From NCBI GenBank assembly GCA_951406725.2, contig OX597815.1, positions 169,384,001 through 169,448,000 of the forward strand: DNA of 64,000 nucleotides, given 5' to 3'. Every line of letters begins with the position of its first letter. The stretch's first letter is position 1. The DNA comes from Octopus vulgaris. Its lineage: Eukaryota. Below, piece after piece: positions 53,032 through 64,000 of this stretch. The position numbers and the translations under genes were made by a program. The notes beneath the pieces were generated by a model. That model made no database searches and was not told the origin of the DNA. It was given only the letters and a program-made list of their open reading frames with translations.

Positions 53032-53223
53032 TATATATATATGTATATATTTATAGTAACGATTATGACAACAAAAGAATGACTGAGACCTTGATATTAT
53101 GTAAATAGAAGAATTTATTTGTAATATAATATGTGACAATTATTCAGTTGTCATAATAAACCTATGAGTTTCAAGTGGAAATCTGCTCCGGCATCTTGTC
53201 AGTTATCAAAAAAAAAAAGAAAT

Positions 53224-53474
53224 TTGGGGTTGGTGCATAATTATTGCAGCTTTTTTGCTATAAATTTTATTTAACAAAAACAATAACAATATTCAACAAA
53301 AACATCTTTAAATAACGGTCTGACCATCTGCCAAGCAAATGGGAAGCAGTAATTGAAGTAAGATGGTGAATATGCTTCAGAATAATCATTTAAAGATGTT
53401 TTTGTTACATGTTATTGTTTTTGTTGAATAAAGTTTGTTGAAAAAAAGGCACAATAATTATACACCAACCCAAT
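53224..53474. mobile_element. Mariner-derived MITE with ~90-bp TIRs
   Basis: gggttggtgcataattattg / caataattatacaccaaccc. Confidence 0.75.
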
Positions 53475-53499
53475 ATATATATATATATGTATATGTATA

Positions 53500-53548
<49 letters not shown>

Positions 53549-53599
53549 CTCTCTCTCTCTGAGTGTGTGTGTATGTATACAACATACACGCACGCTCTT

Positions 53600-53638
<39 letters not shown>

Positions 53639-53705
53639 GTCAAAACCTAAACACCAGTGGCATAGCAAAGAACATGTGTATAAATCTATCATATTTATCA
53701 CTAAC

Positions 53706-53804
53706 CTTTGTCAGCTCTTATTAACAGCAGCCCATGTTGTTCAATGATGTTGATTTGTTTTGCACTGATGCTTTTATCAAGGACAAGCCTTGGTGAAACT
53801 CCCT
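53706..53804 (-). CDS. GARNL3: GARNL3 coding exon
   Basis: ttccag / GTTAGT, 99 nt, phase 1/1. EGVSPRLVLDKSISAKQINIIEQHGLLLIRADK versus recalled ...LLVLRADK. Confidence 0.92.
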
Positions 53805-54424
53805 CTGGAAAAATACATTATAATGATGTACTTTATTAATTCATTGGGAAATAGCAAGTTCAACAGATTGTTATTTATAATAAATAGAAAAGCAAAAACG
53901 AAAAAAAACAAAAAAACTCCAAAGACATATATATTCTACTTCTGTTAAAATATATAAATAGTGATAAATTTCCATCCATCAATCCTCTCTGCCACTATTC
54001 CTTGGAGAGTCATAGGGTTTCTATCAGAAGCAACTGTCATTAGACTTTTTGCTGATATTCCCAAGCATAGCCAACAGAGATTATAAAGGTATAGTAAAGT
54101 TAGCTTCTTGAGTCATGTTGACTCATAAGGGCCAGTTTCCTGCTTTCCACGGCATATAAATTTTTCATCAGGATGAGATGCTGGTCTGTCGCAAGATTAC
54201 TCATTATTGCCAGCTAAGTGGACTGGAGGAATGTGAAATGAAGTGCTTTACTCAAGAACACAACATATTGCCCGGTCCAGGAATCGAAACCACAATCTTA
54301 TGATCATGAGTTCAACACCTTACTCACTAATCCACATGCCTCCACAACCGAAACTTTAGATATTATCCAACTGTTTTGCTCTTGGTTTATCCCCAGGTTT
54401 TATTGCTAGTTGTATGTATGTAAT

Positions 54425-54459
<35 letters not shown>

Positions 54460-55249
54460 CCTTTTGCAAGTCCTGTTTTTAGTTCTGCTAGGTTTCTAAG
54501 AACCCTCCTCCCCAGACAAGCCTAGTGGGATTGCCAGTCTAGTTGTGTCTAGCATGCTAGAAGACAGCTTGGAGTGAGGCACCCCTTAGCTTTTGCTAAA
54601 GCTTGTCTCTAGGAGTAAATTACTCTGATATAAAACCAGATATGTAGGAAATGGCATTGAACATTTTAGGGATCTTTTGCCTGCCCTTGATATCATGGCG
54701 CTCCCACATTCCTGAGCCTGTGACCCATATTGGAACTGAATATCATGCCCTGACTTGTTTCTGGGTCATGTCATTTGGTTGGAGAGGGTCTGTGAGGTAC
54801 TGTGTAAACCTTATTGAACCTAAAATTTTAGGCTTGCAATCGCTGGTAAGGTGACTATCTGAAGCCCAATCAAGTTGGAGGACACCACTGCAAGCATGGA
54901 AGCTGCAGACATGAACGTCAAGGAAGTTGGCTGCTGGTGCAATAACCTCATGCTAGGACATTGCTGGCATTTTGTATGGGCAATGGTCAGTTATGGTCTT
55001 CCTTGGTCAAGATTGAAGAGCCATCATCATCATCATCATCATCAAGTATATATGTATGTCCATATGTATAAATAAACATAAACACTTGGCATCTTTCAGT
55101 TTCTGCCTGTCAAATCTACAGCTACGTCTGAGCCAATTCCAGAAACAGATGTAAAGAGAATTTGCTAGAATGAAGAATCAAACTCTGGTTTTAGGCTTGT
55201 ATTCACTGTACCACTTCTGTATCATTAGACACATTTTCTATATTTATGT

Positions 55250-55650
55250 CATCATCATCATCATCATTGTTTAACATCCACTTTCCATCTTAGTATGGGT
55301 TGGATGATTTGACTGAGGTCTGGCGAACCAGATGGCTGCACCAGACTCCAATCTGATCTGGCAGAGTTTCTACAGCTGGATGCCCTTCCTAATGCCAACC
55401 ACTCCGAGAGTGTAGTGGGTACTTTTATGTGCCACTGGCACGAGGGCCAGTCAAGCAGTACTGGCAACGGCCACGTTCAAATGGTGCTTTTTATGTGCCA
55501 CCTGCACAGGAGCCAGTCCAGTGGCACTGGCAATGACCTTGCTTGAATGTTTTATTTCACGTGCCACCAGCACAAGTGCCAGTAAGGCGACACAGGTAAC
55601 AATCACGCTTGAATGGTGTTTTTTATGTGCCACTGGCACGGAGGCCAGCT
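55250..55650 (-). mobile_element. (GAT)n-tailed LINE 3' end / LINE-derived SINE with internal subrepeats. Copies at about 1505-1650(+), 5875-6260, 13060-13690, 23520-23790, 61510-61850
   Basis: ttccatgct.gcatgggttggac...ctggatgcccttcctaa and repeated tgtgccactggcac units. Confidence 0.75.
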
Positions 55651-56193
55651 TGTTGCTCTATTTTTTTTTATTTCATAAATTGATAATATTTTTGTTAAAC
55701 CCTTCAGTATTCAGATTATTTCATCAAATGTAATCTTTATTTATTCACATTATTTTGAATTAATCATGTATTATCTTGGAGCTTTGGGATATTTCAATGA
55801 TATGATTGTTTACTTGTAAATCACATTGTAGGGTAGGTGTGAAAGGCTAGATCTTGCTAGTTTGAACATAAAACAGGTAGAATATTTGGGCTGGATATGG
55901 CAGGCTTGAATGTTAAAAGGTTAAGAAGCAGTAACATAAATTGGTAAAATGCCATTAGTTGATGGCTACAGATGAGTATTACACCAGAAAAAAAGGTACT
56001 ACAATATTTGCTGGTGTATGAGATACATTCTTACGTAAGACAAGCCTTATCATTTTCATGGTAAAAATGTATATTTTGCAGATATAGCAAATTTAATATG
56101 TTTCATCATATACTCATACACTCCGTATTTCATCTGTAAAACAGACATATATGATATAAAAGAGAAGAATGTCTAGTTCACTGGCGTATATAG

Positions 56194-56917
56194 TACCATA
56201 AACGCCCATGTAATTTGCACAGGTGTAATTTACACAGGTGATTAAAAAAAGCTTCTATTCATGTAAAATTCATGCCCAAAAGTTTTCAGAATTAGCAATA
56301 TAGCCAAGGAGAAAAGGTTTTCAATTTAGTTGTATTTAGCATAATTTCACTTATTTTGTTGAATTTTCATTAAATGAAAATAATTTCTGTTTAACAGGTG
56401 TCACATTAAAAGCTATTAAATTACAAAGTGTTTGAGTTGTTTATAATAATGTGGCCTGGACTGTGATTAGCAACATAAATGTCAGACTTCAAAAAGTAGT
56501 TAACCATTTAACAGTTTTTGTAAATTTATACAGAAAAAGTAAGCATTATACTGTCTAGCATAAATAAAAGTCAACTTCATTATATTTAAGCCCTTATTTT
56601 TTCTGTAAAAACCTGTTCTGACCCTAAATGAATCAACTTCCCATATGAATGTTTACGTTTTGTACGCCTTTTATCAACAAAAAAATTAATCAATTTATCA
56701 ACAAAAAAAAAATTCAAAAATAATTCTACTCATGTAATTTATGCACCCCTAAATTTTATTTCTATTAATCAATTTATCAACAAAAAAAAAAATCAATTTA
56801 TCATCAAAAAAATTCAAAAAAGAATTCTACTCGTGTAATTTATGCACCCCTAAAGTTTATTTCCATTTTCGCAAAAAAAAGAAACAAAATGTGTAAATTA
56901 CATGGATTTTTATGGTA
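56194..56917. mobile_element. pogo-like non-autonomous DNA element with internal tandem duplication
   Basis: TIR TACCATAAACGCCCATGTAATTTGCAC / TACCATAAAAATCCATGTAATTTACAC; 56670-56860 is duplicated. Confidence 0.7.
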
Positions 56918-57372
56918 TTTAATAATCCTTTTTATAAGCACAAAGCCTGAGATTTTTAGGGAGGGGATTAGTTGATTACACCAACCCCAGTGCTCAATGT
57001 CAGCTCAGAACATAAAGCTGCAAGTAATGCCACAAAGCATTTTGTCTGGCGTGCTAATGATTCTGCCTGTTTTCCATCTTATATACTGTATTTAACCCTT
57101 TTGATACCAACCCGGCCAAAACCGCCTCTGGCTCTGTGGTACAAATGTCTTACTTTCACAAGTATTAAATTAAAATCTTCCACCAAATCTTAGTCACAAC
57201 TTATGTTCCCAACACTAGTTTAATGATAACTAAGTTCCTTTACTAAATTCTTTGTTATATTTAAAATTAACTGAATGAAACACAGAGCATCTCAAAATAA
57301 ATACGGTAACGAAAGGGTTAATAACGATTACAATAAAAAACACGCAAAAAAGCTTCTTAAATTAGTACATAC

Positions 57373-57420
57373 CTTCCAGCACCATTAAACCAATTTCAGT
57401 GGCAACCATTAGTTTGTCCC
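57373..57420 (-). CDS. GARNL3: GARNL3 coding exon (48 nt)
   Basis: tttcag / GTATGT, phase 1/1. (G)DKLMVATEIGLMVLE, in phase with both neighbours. Confidence 0.88.
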
Positions 57421-59180
57421 CTGAAATATAAGTTAAAATATAATAAATTCCATAAATGTGAATCAATACTTCTTTCTTTTTTAAAATGGGATATAAATTT
57501 TATTAATGGAAAAAGATGCTTTGTGTTTTAGCTGCATTCCAACTGGAATGCAAATAAAACTGGTTTAGTTCCAAAAGAAATATGAGAAAAAAAAAATGTT
57601 AAGTGGGTATTCTGTCAGAAATTTTCATTACATTGACAAAATTGTCTCAATAAAAATAAAAGATAGTTTAATCAAAAAGGAAAGAAAAACAAAAACACCC
57701 TCCTCACCACAAAAAATAATATAAAATGAAAACATTTAAATATTAAGTATTTTCCCTTGAGAGAAAGAATGATAATTATTGAATTTGAAACGTTTTTGGC
57801 TTAAGTTGAAGAGTAATTTGTGTAAAGAGTCAAAATTCATTGAAGAAGGCTATAATGGATATGAATAATTATGATTAAACATAAAAAATAGTCATTAATC
57901 ATTGATTAAAGTAAGTAGGCAAGAAGTGTTTATAAACTTTTAGATTTAACACAAGCCTTATTGATATTTAAAAAAACAAAACAAAAAAGAATATGATGGT
58001 GGCAGTGTGGTAAGAAGCTTGCTTCCCAACCACATGGTTCTGGGTTCAGTCCCATTGTGTGGCACCTTGGGCAAGTGTTTCTACTATATCCACATGCTGA
58101 CCAAAGCCTTGTGAGTGGGATTTGGTAGTTGGGAACTGAAAGAAGTCCATTGTATACACACATATATATATATATATGTATATTTTTATGTGCAAGTGAA
58201 TCTGTGTTTGTCTTCACCACCATTCCTTGACAGCCAGTGTTGGTGTGTTTATGACCCCATAACTTAGTGGTTCAGTAAAAGAAACTGATAACCTAGGTAC
58301 ATGGCTTACAAAGAATAAGTCCTGGAGTCGATTTCTTTGACAAAAACCCTTTAAGGTGGTGCTCCAGCATGGCTGTAGTCAAATGACTGAAACACGTAAA
58401 AAAGTAATGCTAATTTTTCTTCATTGAGAGAATTTTGATTAGTGATTGCTATTGATAATGATGATTGGTCGATTTACCTATCATGGGAGATTTGAACATT
58501 GGTTGAGTCCTGTGTTGTGATTGGTTGAGTATTGCACGGGATTTGGATTGAAGGTCCAATCACGTTGTGTGTAATACATTCTCAAACAACTAATCTGTAT
58601 GTGTTCTGGGATCTACTTTTCTCCATAAATTGGTGTGACAAATTGTCTTAATGTCCTCTTTTCTATGTTTGCATGGTTCAGATGAAATTCGTTGAGATGA
58701 AATTTCAATGGCCAGATGCCTTTGCTGTTGCCAACCCTCATCTGTTTCCAAGCAAGCTAATATTCCCCATAACCAGGCATGTTTTCATGGAAGATTGGGA
58801 ATGAAGGAGTCACCACTTGCATGATGGTGACATTGGCTTACAACTACCATGTGATGTCAAGGCACAGAGACAATAACACATACACATGATGGGCTTGAAA
58901 ATAGGTGAATGTTGGCAACAGGAAGGGTTTCTGGCCATAAAAAAATCTGATTCCATAAATTCTGTCTGAACCATGCAAGCATGGAAAAGTGTACATTAAA
59001 ACAATAATGATGATATTGATGATGATGATGGTGACGATGATGATGAAATTGAGGGCTCATAAAATGACGCAATTCTTAGTATTAAAAGAAATTTGACAAA
59101 ATGTCTTACAAAAATTCAAATCTCTTGACATTTTGAATTGTTAAAAAGAAAAAAGAAAAATGGGAGCAGTTGTAACTTAC

Positions 59181-59244
59181 CCCATGAATCAGCACAAGTT
59201 ATATGGTGAGGGAATTCACTGTAGTAGATCTGCGGTTCCCATGG
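59181..59244 (-). CDS. GARNL3: GARNL3 coding exon (start of CNH region)
   Basis: ctgtag / GTAAGT, 64 nt. PWEPQIYYSEFPHHITCADSW versus recalled PWEPQCFCSNFPHEAVCADPW. Confidence 0.92.
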
Positions 59245-59475
59245 CTACAGAGGGAGAACAACAAAAACACAGTATTAGTAAAAAAAAAAACCAACCAACA
59301 AAAACAAAATACAAATGGCTGTGTGGTAAGTAGCTTGCTTACCAGCCACATGGTTCCAAGTTCAGTCCCACTGTGTGGCACCTTGGGCAAGTGTCTTCTA
59401 CTATAGTCTCGGGCTGACTAAAGCCTTGTGAGTGGATTTGGTAGATGGAAACTGAAAGGAGCCTGTCATATATAC

Positions 59476-59520
<45 letters not shown>

Positions 59521-60311
59521 GGTATATGTTTGTGTGTCTGTGTTTGTACCCCCAACATCACTTGGCAACTGATGCTGGTGCCTTTATGTCCCCGTAACTT
59601 AGCGGTTCAGCAAAAGACACTGATAGAATAAGTACTAGGTTTACAAAGAATAAGTCCTGAGGTCATTTTGCTCGACTAAAGGCGGTGCTCCAGCATGGCC
59701 AAATGACTGAAACAAGTAAAAGAATAAAAGAATAAACAAAAACAAAACAAAAAAATAACAGACCCATATTTATTTTATATATGTTTCTGTCATTAGACTG
59801 TGGCCACCCTAGGGCACTACCTTGAAGAATTTTATTTCAATATATCGACCCCAGTACTTATTTTTAATGCCTAGTATGTATTCTATTAGTCTCCTTTTTC
59901 CATCTGTTAAGTCATGGGGCTGTAATCAAGCTAACCCTGGTTGTTAATTTTTATGGAAGGTTTTAAATCTTGATTTCTTTAGCCCTTTAGGGTAAAGTGT
60001 AAAGGAACCCTTTGGTCATGAATGACCATGGGATTGCACCTAGAAAGTTACCGTCTGAGACACAAGTCCAGGCGTTGCCCATGTATACCAGCCCCATCCC
60101 CCTCTTCGTGCCGCCAATGTTATCCAAGGGAAAGGCAAAGGCTGATATAGCTTGGCACCAGTGACTTTGCAACTCATTTCTACAGCTGAGTGAACTGGAG
60201 CAACTTGAAATAAAGTGTCTTGCTCAAGAACACAACACACTGTCTGGTCCAGCAATGAAACTCACTACCTCATGACTAGTGTATGCTCTAACCTCTGAGC
60301 CATGTGCCATC

Positions 60312-60356
<45 letters not shown>

Positions 60357-60439
60357 ATTATACACACATATATGTATACACACCTATATGTATACACACA
60401 TATATCATCATATATGTATATATCATCATATATGTATAT

Positions 60440-60517
<78 letters not shown>

Positions 60518-61111
60518 GGTAAACATCCCCTTTGGTCATGAATGACCATGGGACTGCACTTAGAAAGTTACCCTTCAAGGCACAAATCTGGGCAAGGTTG
60601 TTTATGGGAGACTAGCAGTTACCCATGCATACCAGCCTCCCCTCTTCACACCACTGATGTTATCCAAAGGAAAGGCAAATAAAGTGTCTTACACAACACA
60701 CAGCCCAGACTGGGAATCAAACTCACTACTTCATGGGTGTGAGCTCAAACCTGTAGGCCATGCCCTTTAGCACTCAGATTATTCTATCAAATGTAACATT
60801 TATTCATATTGTTTTGAATTTATCCTGCATTATATTATAGCTTTGAGATTTTGATTTTGTGATTATATTTTTGGGACTAACATTGGAAGGCAGGTGTGAG
60901 AGGTTGGATCTGGTCAGTTTGGACACAAAGCAGGAAGAATATTTTGGCTGGATATGACTGGTTTAAATGCTAAAGGGTTAAAAGAGGAAGTTTGTATCAG
61001 AATCAGAGACAGCTTCAGGTGTGCTGGTATCAAAAAGGTTAAAACACTTCACACTCAACCAAGAGAATCAGAGATATTCTAGGAAAATGTTTTTGTTTTT
61101 TAGAAACTAAC

Positions 61112-61186
61112 CTCTCGTTTCAAAATGTCTGTGTTTATCTGGCTTGTTGGGGCATCACCTTTCAAGATGGTCTTCAGTTTTAACGT
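61112..61186 (-). CDS. GARNL3: GARNL3 coding exon
   Basis: ttcag / GTTAGT, 75 nt. TLKLKTILKGDAPTSQINTDILKRE versus recalled human ALKLKSIVRGDAPSS...KKE. Confidence 0.93.
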
Positions 61187-61257
61187 CTGAAACAAGAAGG
61201 GAATAAATGTCAACAAGAAGAATATATAAGAAGAATATATAACAAGAAAAATATACA

Positions 61258-61490
61258 AGGTGGCGAGCTGGCAGAAACATGAGCACACCAGGTGAAATGC
61301 TTAGTGGTATTTCGTCTGCTGCTATGTTCTGAGTTCAAATTCCGCTGAGGTCGACTTTGCCTTTCATTCTTTCGGGGTCGATTAAATAAGTACCAGTTAC
61401 GCACTGGGGTTGATATAATCAACTTAATCCGTTTGTCTGTCCTTGTTTGTCCCCTCTGTGTATAGCCCCTTGTGGACAGTAAAGAAATAA
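61258..61490 (+). mobile_element. SINE family B. Copies at about 13220-13450, 14532-14745, 14755-14950, 22351-22536(-), 27632-27862(-), 28919-29100, 29933-30125, 36095-36298(-), 39619-40210 (x3), 46148-46238, 50635-50859, 51220-51428(-)
   Basis: ggcgagctggcagaaacgttagc...gagttcaaattcc...ggtcgatgtaatcgac; several copies have clear TSDs. Confidence 0.88.
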
Positions 61491-62151
61491 GAAGAATATA
61501 TATTTTCTAATCATCATCATCATCGTTGTCGTTGTTTAATATGCTTTCTATGCTGGCATGGGTTGGATGGTTTGACAGAAGCTAACCAGCTGAAGGGCTG
61601 TTCAGGCTCCCTGTCTGTTTTGGCATGGTTTCTATGACTGGATTCCCTTCCTAATGCAAACACTTTACAGAGTGTACTGTGTGCTTTTAGTTAGTACTGG
61701 CATGGTGCTTTTTACTATGTGGCATCAAAACTCACGAGCCTGCAAAATTAGGGACACTCAGCTGGAGAGGGTTGCAGGGGACAAGCCTGTATGCAACGGC
61801 AATCATGCTTTTATATAGCTTGACATGTGTTTTCAAGCACAGCAAATTGTCTTCATCACACACGCACAGATGGGCTCATCAGGCTAGTCTCCTGGATTCT
61901 GTAGTGTATGTATTCCCCACCTGGACAGGATGCCAGTTCATTGCAGGATTACTCATTTTTGCCTGCTGAGAGGACTGCAGCAACATGAACTGAAATGTTT
62001 CGCTCAAGAATACAATACTTCTTCCAGTTCAGGAATTGAAACCACAATTTTATGATCACGAGTGCAACTCCTTAACTACTAAGTCACATGCTTCCATATA
62101 TGCATGCATATACACGTATAATATTTAGTGACTCATACATTCACACGCACG

Positions 62152-62204
<53 letters not shown>

Positions 62205-62880
62205 ACACAAGTGCATGAACATCCTGTTAAACCAGCCAACCCCGCCATCATTGAAGATAAATGTTACAAGATAATGATACTAAGATATATACATAGAAAT
62301 GCATGCATGTATGTATGTGTGTGTGTGTGTATACACATGCATACATACACACATATATTTGTGTATATATACACACTCACATACATGCATATATTTGTGT
62401 GTTGTGTGTGTTTATACAAACACACACACACATATATGCACTCATACATATACACATAATTTTTAGTATCTTACACACACACACACACGTGTATATATGT
62501 GTCTGAGGAACTAAATTTTCTTATCTTTATACTTTTTATAAGTGTCCTTATTTCTAAACAGTAAAGATTTTACACACCTGTTCCAAACTGTGTTGATGAT
62601 TCAGGTGACAAATTAGGATTAAATATTGTAAAGAAGATAAGGAAATCTTTCACACCGTCTCTTGAATATATACAGCTTTAGAATATGTTGGGAACAATGG
62701 AAGCAGTTTGGCACCTTATTTTCTTGGTCATTGTCTCTAAAAGCATACAGACATACACACAATGCAAACACACACACACACTCTTAACATCACTTCATAA
62801 ATGAAGGGATATACACGCGTGCACACACACTCAGACACACTAAAAAAACACACAGACACATACATACATAGACACATACA

Positions 62881-62916
<36 letters not shown>

Positions 62917-63454
62917 TGTATGTGAATATATACACACACACATATATATACATACATATATTTATATATTTTACCTTATAGATGTGAGAGAGATAAAGTG
63001 AGAGACATACACACATCACATACATATGTATGTGAGTATTGTATATACATATATATACATATATATATATACATATATATATGTGTGTGTATATATATAT
63101 TTGTGAATATGTATACACACACATATATATAATATATATACTTACATACATATATTTATATATTTTACCTTATAGATGTGAGAGAAAGAGAATTAGAGAA
63201 AGAGAGAGAGAGTGGGACATACATGCATCACATACACCCAGACACACATACATATGTATGCATGTGAGTATTGTATGTATGTATATAAATGTATATGCAT
63301 GTGTTCTATTCACAAGATATTGCTCACTGATTGCAAAGCAAACATTTTAATCATCCTGCTTTGCTTTCACTTTAAATGCATATTTTCACAGGATAAATTT
63401 TACCCTCATTCCTCTATCTTTTTTCAAACTTCTTTGTTTTGAATGAAATCTCAC

Positions 63455-63559
63455 CTGACCAATTCGGACAAATTCGGCCTGCCTAGCTCGTTCTTTTCTC
63501 CTTGACCCATGGCCATCTCCTATCACATCACTGAAAGCCCTGCGATACAAGATATTATT
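63455..63559 (-). CDS. GARNL3: GARNL3 coding exon (first in window; upstream RapGAP exons lie beyond 64000)
   Basis: tttcag acceptor and GTGAGA donor, 105 nt, phase 0/0. Encodes NNILYRRAFSDVIGDGHGSRRKERARQAEFVRIGQ, matching recalled vertebrate GARNL3 RRSFSDV...ARQAEFVRIGQ. Confidence 0.93.
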
Positions 63560-63599
63560 CTGAAAAATAAAGGAAGAATATATTTCAGTTAACACATAA

Positions 63600-63910
63600 C
63601 AAATGAATACGCAGTTCTATATTTAAGAGATGAGGAATTATGTACATTATTTACATTATTTACGTTATTTACATTCGAATGATAATTGTCCTCATCTTGT
63701 TTGTTGTTAACACAACATTTTGGCTGATTTACCCTCCAGCCTTCTTCAGGTGTCTTGGGGAAATTTTGAACCTGGGTTCTCATTCCTAAGGTATTTTTTG
63801 ATGTTGTTATTATTAATATTATTATTATTCAGGTCACTACCTGGAATCGAACTACCTGGAATTGGGGTTAGTAGCCCACGCTCTTAACCACTATGCCATA
63901 TGCCCGTGGG
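63600..63910 (-). mobile_element. tRNA-headed SINE-like element carrying a hammerhead-like motif (Penelope-type tail)
   Basis: A box TGGCATAGTGG (63898-63888), B box GTTCGATTCC (63852-63843), (AAT)n linker, then the hammerhead-like motif. Confidence 0.65.
63709..63754 (-). ncRNA. Degenerate minimal hammerhead ribozyme
   Basis: Minus strand GACAC-CTGAAGA-A-GGCTG-gagggtaaat-CAGCC-AAAAT-GTT-GTGTT. Perfect 5-bp stem II, stem I GACAC/GTGTT; GAAAC has decayed to AAAAT. Confidence 0.62.
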
Positions 63911-64000
63911 TATAAATAAATTAACTTTTAATAGGGATGTGCAGGTAATTTTTGTATATAGTAGATGCAGGTATTAGTGTGAGTTAAAACGTTTATCCCA

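Noticed and set aside
55420-55650. Regularly recurring tgtgccactggcac units resembling a CRISPR array
   Set aside because: Internal subrepeats of a dispersed retroelement tail; eukaryotic context, no cas genes, non-unique spacers.
16-63442. Many ORFs rich in HT/YI/VC/MY dipeptides or poly-N/H/I
   Set aside because: They are translations of (CA)n, (TA)n, (TACA)n and trinucleotide microsatellites.
1-64000. A novel multi-gene or prokaryote-style system
   Set aside because: The only host coding sequence found is GARNL3; all other coding remnants are transposon-derived.

Overview
This is AT-rich eukaryotic genomic DNA dense in microsatellites and SINEs. The repeat repertoire suggests an octopus or other coleoid cephalopod (inferred from recalled repeat families, not a database search). 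The window lies almost entirely inside the 3' half of one minus-strand gene, a GARNL3 orthologue (RapGAP + CNH domain). I recovered 13 GT-AG exons by hand between 63559 and 25701; they splice in phase into 463 codons covering the end of the RapGAP-linker region and the CNH domain. There is also a probable terminal exon at 11373-11257. Introns hold tRNA-derived SINEs, piggyBac/hAT/mariner/Tigger MITEs, decayed mariner and DD37D transposons, three non-autonomous Helitrons, a 5'-truncated R4/Dong LINE in (TAA)n and an L1/Tx1-like 3' end. Most interesting: (1) several degenerate type-I hammerhead ribozymes in non-coding Penelope/retrozyme-like elements, including one with a tRNA/Pol III head and one used as the target of a Tx1-like LINE; (2) two decayed local duplicates of a GARNL3 exon; (3) many fold-back inverted duplications. 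Nearly all ORFs in the supplied track are microsatellite or SINE artefacts. Repeat boundaries are approximate. No CRISPR, rRNA or true tRNA gene was seen.
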